Part shown: piece by piece, positions 40,078-53,437 of the stretch | Layout of the letters: the number at the start of each line of letters is the position of its first letter | How positions within the stretch are numbered: position 1 is the stretch's first letter | Assembly: GCF_006345805.1 (NCBI RefSeq) | Contig: NC_043000.1 | Location: 37,138,001 to 37,202,000 of the forward strand | Source: Octopus sinensis | Lineage: Eukaryota | DNA: 64,000 nt | Direction: 5' to 3' | Notes under the pieces: generated by a model | Seen by the model: only the letters and a program-made list of their open reading frames with translations | Told to the model about the DNA's origin: nothing | The model's database searches: none | Position numbers and translations under genes: made by a program

Positions 40078-40270
40078 AATGGCAAGATTGTAGAATCGTT
40101 AGCACATTGAGCAAAATGCTTAGTCGTATTTTGTCCGTCTTCACATTTTGAGCTCAAATTCTGCCAAGGTCAACTTTGCATGTCATCCTTTCAGGGTTGA
40201 TAAAATTAGTACCAGTTATGCAATGGAGTCATTGTAATTGACTAGCCCCCTCCCACCAAAATTTCATGCA
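40078..40270 (+). mobile_element. Family C SINE
   Basis: gtagaatcgttagcac...gagctcaaattctgcc...catcctttcagggttgataaa..agtaccagt. Confidence 0.85.
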
Positions 40271-40274
40271 AAGG

Positions 40275-40307
<33 letters not shown>

Positions 40308-40614
40308 GTTGTTGTTGTTGTTACAGATGGTGGACTGGCTGAGAATCAACAGAGAGGTTCACAAAACATTTTGTAGCGTGTATGTCTTCTTATGTTTTGA
40401 GTTCAAATGCTGCTAATGTTAAATTTTGCCTTTCATTCCTCTGGGTTGATTAAAAACAAAAGTACCAGTCACATCCTGAGAATGTTTTAATAGACTATGT
40501 TCTCATCAAAGGATAAATAAATCTGTGGTATTGTACTAATGTTAAAAATCATAATTCACTTAAAGCAGACTTTGCTCTTTATGGTTCCACAGTTGATAAA
40601 ATACCAGTCAGTCA

Positions 40615-41110
40615 GTCATCCAGTGTTTTAAATCCGGGTTTTGTCCCCATTAATAGGGGTGGTCGGATCTACCTCCAAACCATAGCAACTGCCCTCACAC
40701 CATCTCACCAACTTGCCCAGTTTGGGCACTCTCCTTTTTCAAACCAACCCTCCCAATCTCTTCCTCCACCTTTTCCTCGCTTTCACGCTCTATTTACCTC
40801 AAACGCAATCACCCTTCTCAGAACATGCCCTTCATCTCTCCTCAACACATGCCCATACCACCTCATTCCATTCGCCCTTGCCAACCATTCCACCGATTCC
40901 TCCAGCCCCAGCATCCCCATCAAGTCCTCAGTCCTCCTCTTATCAAACAGCCTCACACCACACATTTCTCTCACCACTGCTCTCTCAGTCCTCAAAAGTA
41001 CCATCTCTTTCTCTCCCACAGACACCATGTTTCACTCCCATACAGTATTGCCTCTCTCACACAACTCTTTTATACCCTTCCTTTCATCTTTAACGTAATA
41101 TCCACTGCAC
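40615..41110 (-). mobile_element. RTE-clade LINE 3' end
   Basis: ORF 40783-41028(-) LLRTERAVVREMCGVRLFDKRRTEDLMGMLGLEESVEWLARANGMRWYGHVLRRDEGHVLRR, a typical RTE ER.M.R.MCGV...RWYGHV.R motif. Short (GACT)n tail. Confidence 0.93.
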
Positions 41111-41564
41111 CCCTCCTCTCAAATATGTGTCTTTGTATAAGAAGCCATCATTTAATGATAACATGTACAGAGATCAAACATGAAGACAAGGAACACTTAG
41201 AACTAACATGTCAGTAATCTCAAGTAGCCAAATAGTTAATGTACAAGAGGCTAAGAAGGTTATTACAGTTAGAGTCTGGCTGAAACAGAAGGTTATTATG
41301 TTTGGCATCTGGCTGAACCAAGGAAACTAGAGATGGTCTGCATCAAACAAAGAAAATAAGACAATGGCAATATGAAAAGTTTATATTTAGAAGTGTTTAT
41401 CCATAAGAGATGTTTATTTGTAAATGTTTTAAAAATCTGCTTCAGGCACAATGATGTAGACAGCTTATTCTATAATTTAGGCTTGCACTTTGTGAACTAT
41501 TTATACTGTCAGTCTCTGCTAACAAACTTAATAATGATAATAGTGATGGTGATGGTGATGATGG

Positions 41565-41598
<34 letters not shown>

Positions 41599-41617
41599 AG
41601 TAGCAGTAGTAATAATG

Positions 41618-41670
<53 letters not shown>

Positions 41671-41719
41671 TATAAATAATAAATAATAAATAATATGGCA
41701 GAAAGATAGATAGAGACAA

Positions 41720-41990
41720 CCCTCTTAAGTATGAAATAGCCTGGCTATGGAAACTGAAGAAGGTGAAGATAGTGCCAATTATTGCTGGGTACTTGGGATC
41801 GAGGGGAATATAAAGGAAATTGAAATCGAGTGCCCAGTAAAACTGTTACAAAAGGTTTGCCTCCTTGCCATGGCCGGAATAATCAGGAAAGTATTAGGGA
41901 GCTGAAAAGAACGAATAGCATGGTACCATAGGCTGCGGGTAGTAAGACCACTATGCATGCAGGACTCTAGGAGCTCCAACAAAACCTGCG
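41720..41990 (+). mobile_element. RLE-endonuclease non-LTR retrotransposon (HERO/R4-like) 3' relic
   Basis: LKYEIAWLWKLKKVKIVPIIAGYLG, then (frameshift) IECPVKLLQKVCLLAMAGIIRKVLGS*. This matches the C-terminal RLE block E..RLW....VVPIVVGALG...LQK..LLGTA.I.RKVL. Confidence 0.85.
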
Positions 41991-42829
41991 ATAAAGAGAT
42001 GATGATGATGATAATAATAATGATAATAATGACGATGTTGATGATAACAATAATGGTAATAATGATGATGATGATAATAATAATAACAATAACAATCATA
42101 ACAACAATTTCTAATTTTGGCACAAGGCCAGCAATCTTTGTGGTGAGAGTCGGTCAATTACATCAACTTGATTGGTTCTTTGTATTATCAACCTCATAAG
42201 AATGAAAGGCAAGTGGTATTTGAACTCAGAATGTAAAATGTCAAAATATTGCTACTAAGCATTTTGTCCAATATTGAGGCTCAATGCTTGATATTTTAGA
42301 GAGGGGTGTGGTCAGTTACACCAATCTCTGTATTTTATTGACCCCCCCCCTCCTACAAAATGATGAAAGGACAGTTAATCTCAGCTGAATTTGAATCCAG
42401 AATGTAATACTACAAGGAATGCTGCAAAGTATTTTGTCTGGTACAGTAATGATTCTGCCAGCTTGCTGCCTTGTTATTGATGATGATGATGATATTATTA
42501 TTACTTATAAAAAAAACTCTCTGCAAAACATGTAACGCTGTTTCTTGAGGTGCCTGGGTGAGGCTTGGAACAGATCATCTAAAACAATAATGAGGACACA
42601 ATAATAATAATAATAATCCTTTCTACTATAGGCACAAGGCCTGCAATTTGGGGAAGGGGGGGCCAGTTGAATAGGTCAACCCCAGTACACAGCTGGTACT
42701 TTATTTATTGACCCCCGAAAGGATGAAAGGCAAAGTCGATCTTGACAGAATTTGAACTCAGAAAATAAAGACAGACGAAATGTACATTGTTTTGTCATGC
42801 TATAAAAAAATGGGCCACAGCAAATATCC

Positions 42830-43300
42830 TGCTCAATACTACAGATTTGCTTGTCACTTGTTTGACCTTAACCAGCTGACAATGTCCCTTGGTGGCTGAC
42901 GATATGTGCATCTCTGATCACGAGCAGAAGTAGTGAGGAGCATTATAGTTATGTGTTGAGAGGGATTCTTTGGGGTTTGGATAATTCACCTCTGGAAACA
43001 CGGGTGTTTTGTTCATCATCTTTAAACAAACATTATTCAGAGACCTTTTGAGTAGAATGGGCTACTCGACCTGAAGAAAATTCTAACTAGGTCCCGCCTG
43101 CAAGGTCATGTGCTATTTATCTTGATATGAGATCACTATGCTGCACGCACATATGGTTGTGATGCATGTGCCTCATGTACCCTTATCAGATGGGTAGTCA
43201 TGATGGGTATATTGAACTTTGTATAATTATACCCCAGTGTCACTTTGATGGCATGCTCTGCTCTCTCACTCAGTAATGATAATAATAATAATAGTAATAA
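42830..43300 (+). mobile_element. Interspersed repeat, probable LINE 3'UTR ending in (AAT)n
   Basis: Higher-GC block ending gcatgctctgctctctcactcagt(aat)n. Recalled as an abundant Octopus repeat; superfamily not determined. Confidence 0.45.
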
Positions 43301-45278
43301 TAATAACAATAACTGTTTCTAATTTAGCCTCAAAGCTGATAATTTTTTGAGGGGAGGCTGATTAAACCGACCCCAATACATTTATTTTTTTTTAATATTT
43401 TTAAGTCAAGAAAGAAGGCATTGCCCATGACTATTTCAGGGATCCCAAGACAGGTGGGAAAGAAGGAGGAAAATATGCTCAAACAGAAAATCTGTCATAA
43501 ATACTTACAACAAGGTGGACTCCACTAAAGATACCCAAGGGGCCAAGTAGTAGTATAAAAATGGATGGCAAATTAGGGTCTACCATTCATGAAGGCCACA
43601 ACAGGACTGAAATTAGATCACAGAGCCAAACATATTGAATAATGTGGATCTAGATGCAAACTACTAGAAAACTAAGGCAAGTTGGTCATGATTGGAACTC
43701 TTTTAATCATGCTTTTGCTGAATCAAGAGCTGTCCTAAAGAGCAATGTCTCTGCTTCAGCACAATACTGAACTACATTCATTCTGATTGGTGTAACAACA
43801 ACTGCTGCTGTTGTTGTTGTTGTTTCTGTAGAAAGCACCATCTTCAGCAGAGGTCACTAGAATCATGTGTATTCAAAGATAACAAGACATTCCCCAGTTC
43901 CAATCCAACATGCTCTGAACCATTAAATGCCACCATAACAGCTGCATTAACAGGACTATGCAACACATTCACACAAGAAAACATACATACATGGTGTTGA
44001 TGTTGGTGGGTGATGGGGAAAAGGAGGAGGAGGAAGAAACAGAAAATGTAGTACAGAAATCCCTATCCTTCTCCTGCATTCTGATCAGCTATCATCTTAG
44101 TATTGCATGGATTTTGATAAATGAGTGAAGCAGCTTATACAATTTGACCAAGATATGCATGAGTGACAAAGAGAAGAAAAACAAAGGAATATCAAAATAT
44201 CAAAAGACAAAGGTTGATGATACCAAAAGATGATGCTGGTGATGATGAGAGGAAACAAAGTAATAGCAGTTTTAAAAGAATATTAGAAACATATATTGTC
44301 ATCATCATCACCACCATCACCATTATCATCATCATCATCCTCAAAACCACCACCATCATCATCATCCCCATCACCATCACCATCATCATCATCATCATCA
44401 TCATTTGATGTCCGCTTTCCATGCTGGCATGTGTTGGACAGTTTGAGTGAGGGCTGGCAAGCCAGAAGGCTGCACCAGGCTCCAATCTGATCTGGCAAAG
44501 TTTCTACAGCTGGATGACCTTCCTAACGCCAACCACTCTGACAGTGTAGTGGGTGCCTTTTATGTGCCACCAGCATGAGGGCCAGTGTTAAACTGAACAA
44601 AGGAAGGCATGGCTAAATGGTAACATTTTTTGAAATCATATGGGCTGGGGTTCAATTCCATATTCTGACTTCGGCACACAGATTTGGGTTGATGTAAGGC
44701 CCTGAGAGTGAAATAGGGTTAACAAAAACTTTGTGAGAAGCCCACTGGATGGGATGGTGTAGTGTCTTACCTGTAATTAATTGGTTCGACCTTCTAACAG
44801 ACCATATCATACTGGTTCTCTCTGAGAGTCGCGTTAAAAGTATGTGTCTCAAGAATAATGAGCCACTTAGAATAACAAGTAGGTAGGTCAGTCGATTAAA
44901 TAGCTGAATGGTCTTTGTTGAAACTGCTGGAATATTGGTCAATATCACCATCGTTGTTGCTGTCATTACCACCACCACCACCACCACCACCACCACCATT
45001 ATCATCATCATAGGTACAGAACCTCTTGCATTATCTGCACTAGGTTACTAAGCCATCATCTTGTGTTACCATTACAATGTTACAGATAACAGACCACAGC
45101 CTTTTCTAGGGCCTCAAGGATTGGTGAAAATTACCGTTAGAGTGAAACCTAGCTAATGAATGAATGCTTACAGTGTAGCCCATTAAAGATACTCAAGGAG
45201 CAACAGGTGGTGTCAAACCAAGTAACTGGTTCTACAGTTCTTCCATCCAAAAGCAGTAAAAGTTCTGATCTTTTGTTG

Positions 45279-45707
45279 CAGTGCTTCTCAAACTTTTCTC
45301 TATCACCCACTTTCTTACGCCAACAGTTTTTCAATACCCACTTGCTATCATTTAGCAAAACTGAATACACCACGTCTACAGGTGCAGTGGCTGTCTTAGA
45401 TGCATGGAAATATCCACAGATTTTGACAATGTCGTTTAAATTATACTTAAGTTTATTGTTTATAATTTAAATGCATAAGCAGTGTATAATTGGTTTTCTT
45501 TATTTACTTATTCATATTCAAAGTTTGTTATTATTGATATGGTTGTTGATGTAATTGTGACAAAAATGCAGTTTATCAAAATATTTCATTTAATATTTTT
45601 TAAAGTTTAAAGGGTAAAAAAACATTAAAACAGTGTGCAGATAAATCTGCACTATATATTCTGAGAACTATATATATTCTGAGAACTATATATTCTGAGA
45701 AGTACTG
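45279..45707. mobile_element. hAT-type MITE (eroded)
   Basis: Left cagtgcttctcaa and right ctgagaagtactg (2 mismatches); triplicated subterminal tatattctgagaac; TSD not preserved. Confidence 0.5.
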
Positions 45708-47405
45708 TTTTTACTGGTTCTGACTCCATTATCATATTTCTCTTTTATCACACATCTCTAGTTGACACAATCCCTTCCCCTATATCTCCCTACTTCTTGC
45801 CAAAATGTATCCACCTATTGGACATCATTTTGCATGAAATGAAAGAAAAGAAGAGGATGAGGAGCAAGAAAGAGAAAGCAATAAAGCACAAGATTGTTAA
45901 ACAGAAGGCAGAAGAAGCATAATAAAAAGGCAAACAAAGCAAGAGAGGGAGAGAGAGAGCGAGAGATGGGGGCAAAAGCAAAATTATCTCCAACAAAGAA
46001 TGAACTCAATTTCTTTGTCATCACATATATTACAACTTCTAATTTCTCTCTCTCTCTCTCTCTCTGTCAAACATTTATGTTATAATTGCCCATCGTGCAT
46101 CTGCCTGTTACATAATTTCTTTGTAATTTCTATCCTTTCTCTCCATTCTGCTCTAGTACCCAACACCATAACCACTGAATCACTAGTTACACTGCCTGCA
46201 CCAGTGTAACTACTTCTAAACCAGTACCTCTAAACCACCAACCCACAGCCAGAACTATCTGCAGCCACTAAACCACTAAACAACCCCAGCTAGTGACACC
46301 AAGAAACTAGCTCTTGAAATTCACATAATCTATTCACTGCACGCTCTTTAAATGTTGCTTGGTTGTAAAAATATTGCAGCAATTCACTCTGGCCTCCGTA
46401 TTTAAGTGTTATTCTGTCTGGAAGAATTTCCAATATTTTCATTATTGCCATGAAAAATATTTTAATGAGCAACGTTCCAGAGTGTATCTAAGATTGCTGT
46501 TTACAATAAAATTTGATCATCTCTTGTATCTCTCCATCTCTCTCTGATTCTATGGAAGATGTTCACTTTGCCAAAAACGGTGTTTCCAGGGATGCAGTAA
46601 TAATCTTTCAATGTTGATATATATGGTTATTATTTCGACTTGGGTAGAGGTTGAGGGGAGAAGAGAAAAGGAAGATATTCTTGGTTGGGTTGGCTGTGTG
46701 TTAGAAAATTTATGGTTGAACAGAGAATCACATTGCCAACCAACACCGCTCTCAACTAACATAACTATTGCAGTCTCCACCACTACCACCACCACCACCA
46801 CACTTGGGACCCATAATCAGTGAGACATTCTAGCTAAGCTCATGTCCTAAGCAGATTTTATGTTGTTGTGTCTCTCTGTTATGCAAATGGTATAATTTGC
46901 CTGAATAGAGGAGTCGATATAATGACCTCAGTACCATGGAAACCAAATGGTTCAACCTTCCAGCACCCACCACTGTCTACATTTTGCACTGTCTTTCCCA
47001 TTGTATGATTTAAACATCATAATGTCTCTATGTAATACACATAAACCAACACATCCCACTTTGCTTCTCTCCACTGACAACAACAACAACAATAATAGTA
47101 AGAATTTGTTACACAGTTATAAATTCTTAGCTTGGGAATAATGAAAAAAAATAAGACATTGTTTTGTGGGGAGAAGAGTATGTGAAGATGTGAAAATACA
47201 AGTGCAGTGAAGTGCTCCAGCTGGGAATTAATCCTATTCTTCGTTGATGGTTATGAACTTGACAGTGCACTACAATAACCTAAAACAGCAGCAAACTTTA
47301 ATTATATGAATTAACAGATGAGCATTTATGCAGTCATTTGACCTGTTAGAAATAGCAGCCAAATAGTTTTTGTATCACACCTACTGTCTAAAGTGTGCAC
47401 TAGAT

Positions 47406-47599
47406 CAGTGGCTCTCAACCAGGGTCCATATATGATTTTGTTGTTAAAATTTATGTCAAATAAACTGGTTATATTTTACAATACATATATGATTTCTAAT
47501 AATATTTAATGACAAAAATATAATAATATTTTTCAAACATTGAATGGCTATGGGGGCCCAGCAGGGGAATCAGAAGGGGGCATAGGTTCAGAACCACTG
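47406..47599. mobile_element. hAT (Charlie-like) MITE, 194 bp
   Basis: 15-bp TIRs cagtggctctcaacc / ggttcagaaccactg; 8-bp TSD cactagat / cattagat (7 of 8 identical). Confidence 0.9.
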
Positions 47600-49521
47600 C
47601 ATTAGATGATGTACTTTTAGATACCCCTACATATATAGAATAGTCATGGACAAAATAGATGTAATTATAGGTTTGTTTAATCCTGACTGACCTGGGGTTA
47701 AATAACAAAGTAGTTTTTTTTCCTTAATCTCAAAGAGAGGAGTATAGTCAATGCAACTGATCCAAATAGCTGAATGGTATTTAAGTTCATCAAGTTTGGA
47801 AGAATGTAAAGTAAAATCCACTCCAGCAAGATTCAAACATAAAGTAACATAAACTTAGAAAAGACTTCAAAGTATTCAGTACTCCTTGTTTTAGTCGACA
47901 GTCCCCAACTCCACCTGTCCTCTGTTTGACCACTACTCACTCTTTAGCTTACCAACACCCTCTCCACTTACATATTACTTCTATTGCTACTTTCCTCTCT
48001 TCCCCGTCCACTCTTTTGGTCGTCGTTGTTTAATGTTTGCCTTCCATGCTAGCATGGGTGGGATGTTTTCACAAGAACCAGCCAGTCTGGTGCAGAAGCC
48101 TGCACCAGACTTCTGTAACTGTTTTGGCAGGATTTTTACAGCTGGGTGCCCTTCCTAACATCAACCACTCAGCAGAGTAAACTTTGTGCTTTTTACATGG
48201 CACAAGCACAGGCGAGGTCAGTTTTGGCAAGGTTTTTACAGCGAGATGCTCTTCTGAACACCAACCTCTTTACAGTGTGGGCTGGGTGCGTTTAGACTGT
48301 GGCCATGCTGGAGCACCACCTTGAAGATTTTTCTCAGTCAAATGAATAGACTTCAGGATTTATTTTCTTTTAAGCTTGATGCTTATTCTATCAGTCTGTT
48401 TTGCCAAACCTCTAAGTTACGGAGATATAAACAAACCAGCATCGGCTGTCAAGTGGTGGTGGGTGACAAACGTAGGCACAAAGGGAAAACCTGAGGCTAT
48501 AGCAGAAGACACTTACCCAAGATAACATGCAGTGGGTCTGAACCCAGAACCATGTGCTCGGGAAGCAATTTTCTTACCACACAGCCACATCTGTGCCTAT
48601 AGACACACACACATATGTTGTATTATCAGAGACACACACAACTCCATCTTGTGTCTGATACCAAACATTAACACACCTGTCCCTTCTTCCTTCCTTAATA
48701 CTCCCCTACAAAAAACAGTATTCCCACCCTTCATTCTTTTCCCTTTTTTTCACTGACTTTCTCTTTCTCACTCCTTCTGATGAAGAACTACCATCTGAAA
48801 TGTTGCAACATTTTCCCCTTTCCCATGAAAGCATTTGGCTAATACCCTATTTGTCAAACTTTGTTCTTCCTTTTGAAATGTTTATTGTATTTACCATCTG
48901 TCACTGTCTGTTTATCCATATACGTATGTATGTGTACACATGCACACACACACACACACACTTGTACATATTGCAATGTAATCACATGACTGACCACGCT
49001 ATGAGATGTTGTATATCACAGGTCACAATGTGTTTTGCATTATTCTAGCTTTCAAATGCTGCCTACTCACTGGCTAGGCATGCAGGCCAACCTTTCCCCA
49101 TGATCAGAAGACATTTCCATCACAGGGGTGACCCATTCACAGCTGAGTGGACTAGAACAATGTAAAATGAAGTTATTTTGTTCAAGAATACAATGCACTG
49201 CTTGGTCCTAGAATTGAACCCACAAATGCTAGATCATGAATGCTACACCCTAACCACCAGGCGATGCACCTTCACATATTGTAATGTAAAAGTTGTGAAT
49301 CATATTAAAATATACATAGTGTAAATGTCTGATGAAGAATTCAGTACATTAGGTGGAGTGGATAGACACATTAATTATGTAAAACATTAATAGTCTACTG
49401 AGAGGCATGAATCAGGCTGAGCTGGTTCCTGGTTTAAAAACAAAAAAAAAGAGAGAGAGAGAGAAAAATGATCCACTGGATTTGAAGTTAGAACAATAAA
49501 GCCACAAGATTGTCATTTTAA

Positions 49522-49718
49522 CCCTTTCATTACCAAATCTGGCTCTGAGTACAAATGTCTTGTTCTCATAAGGTTTGAATTAAAATCTTCCACCAAACCT
49601 TAGTCACAATTTATGTTCCTAACACTAGCTTAAAGATAACTAAGTTATCTTACTCAAATCTTTGTTGTATTTAAAATAACCGAGAGAAACACAGAGCATC
49701 TCAACAGAAATGAAAGGG
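49522..49718. mobile_element. piggyBac-type MITE
   Basis: TIR ccctttcatt / aatgaaaggg (perfect 10 bp); TTAA on the left flank and TTCA on the right. Confidence 0.8.
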
Positions 49719-50779
49719 TTCAAGTTTTTTACTCACTGTACAAGCTCTCAGCAACTTTGAACAACAAATGATAATTACTTTGAAAACTGACTACATAACA
49801 GGAATTCTTTAAGAACTTGTTGCCAGAATGAAGTCAAGCCATAAATTGAGAGAAATAGAGATAGGAGGAGGAATTTTAAAACTAATATACACAGAAATAG
49901 TTTCAAATAGGGTTGGTAGTTGTTTTAGATTAGAAAGTTTGATATTTCTTCTAGTTTTTCATATTTTTGTATCTCCAGATTCTCGTTTATAAATTTTAGA
50001 CATTTCTTTCTTCTTTTTTTCTTTCTTTCTTTCTTTATTTCTTCCTTCCTGTCTTTCTTTTTTACTTTGTTTTTCTTCTGCTTGTCAGTATTAGATTGCT
50101 TTTCCTCATGTACCTCTTTAGGGAGGTTTCCAGGTAGAGAATAAATACACCATTATAATAATATGCTATTTTAAATATTTTTCTTATCTGCAAATTTGTA
50201 TATCATACATTCCACCTAATGTTAATAGGCATTTTTTTCTTCTTTATTCAATGCTTGTTTTAGTTTATCTTGACTTCCTGTCTTCCTTCCTCTGATTTCC
50301 TGCAACACCCTAAAATCTAAAAGCTCAAGTCTGACCTAAATCATCAATTTCATATTTCTAATCCAACAAGACTTCCTTCTCTAATTTTCTGCCAGATCTT
50401 TTATTTTTTTCCTCAAACACAACCATAAACAATGAGAAAAGGCATCATTTTACAACTCTAAATATTTACATAATTCAATAAAATGAAAATAATTCATAAC
50501 CCTTAATGGAGAATTTACTTTTCAGCAAAGGCTTTCACTTTCTGAAGTCAAGACTGGAACAGCTTTGATCATAAAACTACTTAATCAGAGCTGACCTTGA
50601 GCAAAACACCAACATCCACTGACAAATGGTGGTGAACATGACCACAGCTCTCCTAATTTGGTAAACAAATTCTAACAAATAGGTATTTATTTGTTTAAGA
50701 ATGGGGAGATTTATTTTTGAAATTAATTTACATAGCTGACATTTAGTCTTTGGCCATTTATTTCACAATAATGTACAGC

Positions 50780-51310
50780 CTAGAAACTCCTGACTTGTGT
50801 CTTTTCTACCATAACTACAAGGTCCTCTACTTTTCAGAGACAGTTTTTTGGGTCAAGTTTCCATCTAAGCTCATTCATATTACTTTTCTTCACACCTTTT
50901 GCCAACTACTTTGTGTCTCTTTCACCATAATGTCAATGTTATGGAATTCCCCTTTTCTGCAGATGTCTATAGGCAGCTTTCCAAGATGCACAACAATCAC
51001 ATGAGCATCAATCCAACCTTTTTAGGAAGGCATGTGTAGGTCATTGGGCAGCAGTTTTTTTTTATCTCTGATGCAAGTCTTTGAGTTACTTTCAAAGACT
51101 GCACTTTACTACAAACTGTCTTGGTAACCCTTTTAGCTTTCTTTTACAATACACAAGAATATGGTGTGTCTCTTCTAAAACTGAGACATATATAGCATAT
51201 CCCAGTTTAAGGAGCCTCTGTATCTGTGTGTTGTAATAGGTGACTGGAAGGTCACTGTTTTCAAAACAATGCTTCAGTGAAACCACCCAACTCATACCAG
51301 CATAGCAATG
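50780..51310 (-). mobile_element. Highly decayed RTE LINE endonuclease/linker region
   Basis: Minus-strand DLPVTYYNTQIQRLLK...EETHHILVYC...RQFVVKCSL*K*LKD resembles RTE HLITY.SG..SQIDY...QHRLLV.D...VWKLKD. Confidence 0.5.
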
Positions 51311-52301
51311 GGAATGTAAAAACACAGTTGTTGCTGACTTTTTTGTTTGTTCACGTTTTTTGTTCAATTTTTCAGACTTGCATGGGTTAGACAAAAATGC
51401 CATTTGAAACATCAGATGCTTTACAGCCACCAGATGTCCTTCTTGACACGAACCCATACCAGTTTCTTAAGTAGGGATTTCCTTTTCCACATGGTTTCAA
51501 AGGCACAAAGTGATTATAGATGTAAACAAACACACACACACACCATTATAATCATCATCATCAACAGGGTGGTAGATTAGAAGAATCTTTAGAGTATCAG
51601 TGTGATATTTATTCTGACTCTTTACATTCTGAAATCAATTCCTGCTGAGGTCAACTTTGCCTTTCATAACTCTGGGATGGATAAAATAAAGTACCAGTTG
51701 AATACTGGTATTGGCAAACTCCTCCAATCAAAATGGTTAGGTTGTGCCTAAATAAGAAAACATGGTTATTGCTGTTGGTATCAGACAAAATGCCTTGCAG
51801 TTTTTTTATCCTGCATTTTGTATTCTTAGTTCAAACCCTGTCAAGGTCAACATTGAATTTTATCCCTCCCGGTTCAATGAAATAAAGTACCAGTCAAATA
51901 TTGTGATTGACTAACCTCTTCCCTCAAAATTGTTGGGCTTGTGCTAAAATTAGAAACCATTATTATTATGATAAATATGGTATCACCAAAGACCTAAATA
52001 TGATGTCTTTAGAGTTTCTTGTCCACATTGCAAGCACTTGTTAAATAATTCCAGAATGATTATTTTAAATATAGTTAGGTCTTGAAGGTAGTATATCCCA
52101 AGATGAACACAGTCAAATGATTGAAACATGTGAAAAAATAAAGAACGTTTTTAATATATGTACTCATGTGTGTTTTATATATATATATATCATCATCATC
52201 ATCATCATTTAGCGCCCGTTTTCCATGCTAGCATGGGTTGGACGGTTTAACTGGGGTCTGTGAAACCAGGAGGCTTCATCAGGCCCAGTCAGATATATAG
52301 T

Positions 52302-52570
52302 GAAGGCGCATGGCTCAGTGGTTAGAGCATCGAGCTTGTGATTGTGAGATTGTGAATTCGAATCCCAGACCGGGCTGCGTGTTGTGTTCTTGAGCAAGAC
52401 ACTTTATTTCACATTGCACCAGTTCACTCAGCTGTAGAAATGTAGAAAGCTGTATCGCTCTTTGCCTTATCCCTTGGATAACGCTGGTGGCATGGAGAGG
52501 GGAGGCCGGTATGCATGGGCAACTGCTGGTCTTCCACAAACAATCTTGCCTGGCCTCGTGCCTGGGAGGG
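52302..52570 (+). mobile_element. tRNA-headed SINE (family B)
   Basis: A-box tggctcagtgg, B-box gaattcgaatcc, then gtgttgtgttcttgagcaagacactttatttcac...cactcagctg. Confidence 0.85.
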
Positions 52571-53361
52571 TAACAAACATGGACACAAAGACACACACAT
52601 ACATATGTCCCTGTCCACTAAATCCACTTACAGGGCCCTGGCCGGCCCAAAGCTACAGTGGAAAGTCAATTGCCCAGGGTGCCAAGCAGTGGGACTGAAC
52701 TCAGAACCATGTGATTGGGAGGCAGACTTCTTATTATACAGCCATGCTTTCACTATTGTATATAGTTGTATACATTATGCTTAAGAGAATGTGCTGATTA
52801 ATCAGTTTCTAAAGATAATAATATATTCCACATAATGCCAGTGTGAAAAACAGAAAATTGAAAACTAGGAATTTCTCTCTCTTTCTTCAATATATTAATT
52901 ATACAAAAACAAGTTGGATTATTCTGGTTAATATAGCATGAAGCTTCACATATCATAAGGCAGTGGTTCATGAACGTTTTATATTTTTGTTTTTTTGTAT
53001 TCTATTGTCATCCTCTTTCAAAGAACTTTGCCAGCATCCAGCCCTTTCAAAACTATTCAAATTAATTCAATATAATTGTTGTTGTATACAAAATGCAATG
53101 AAAATTGCATTGCAGACCTAGTTGCTGGAATAACAATATATTTAAATTGACAACAATAACATGCACAATACAATAATATGTATAATATAATATTAACAAT
53201 AATGCAGCTACATTGGCAAATATAAATATATTAACATTGATTATGAGTTCAGATGAAATTTTTCCTCAAAAATAAATTCAGAAATGATGACAAAGAAGCA
53301 AACATTAAAATATGAAACTGCTCAATGTAGCAAGAACAAACAAATACATATGATGATGATG

Positions 53362-53437
<76 letters not shown>

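Noticed and set aside
45635-45701. Three STAT/GAS-like TTCTGAGAA sites plus an 18-bp palindrome
   Set aside because: More simply explained as local triplication of the subterminal sequence of the hAT MITE right end.
50963-51035. Plus-strand exon candidate DVYRQLSKMHNNHMSINPTFLGRH with a strong acceptor
   Set aside because: It lies antisense within the decayed RTE endonuclease/linker relic, which explains the composition and pyrimidine tract.
34041-52570. tRNA genes at A-box/B-box-containing segments (e.g. 34041, 40078, 52302)
   Set aside because: They run into SINE bodies, are multi-copy and diverged, and I could not build a complete cloverleaf.
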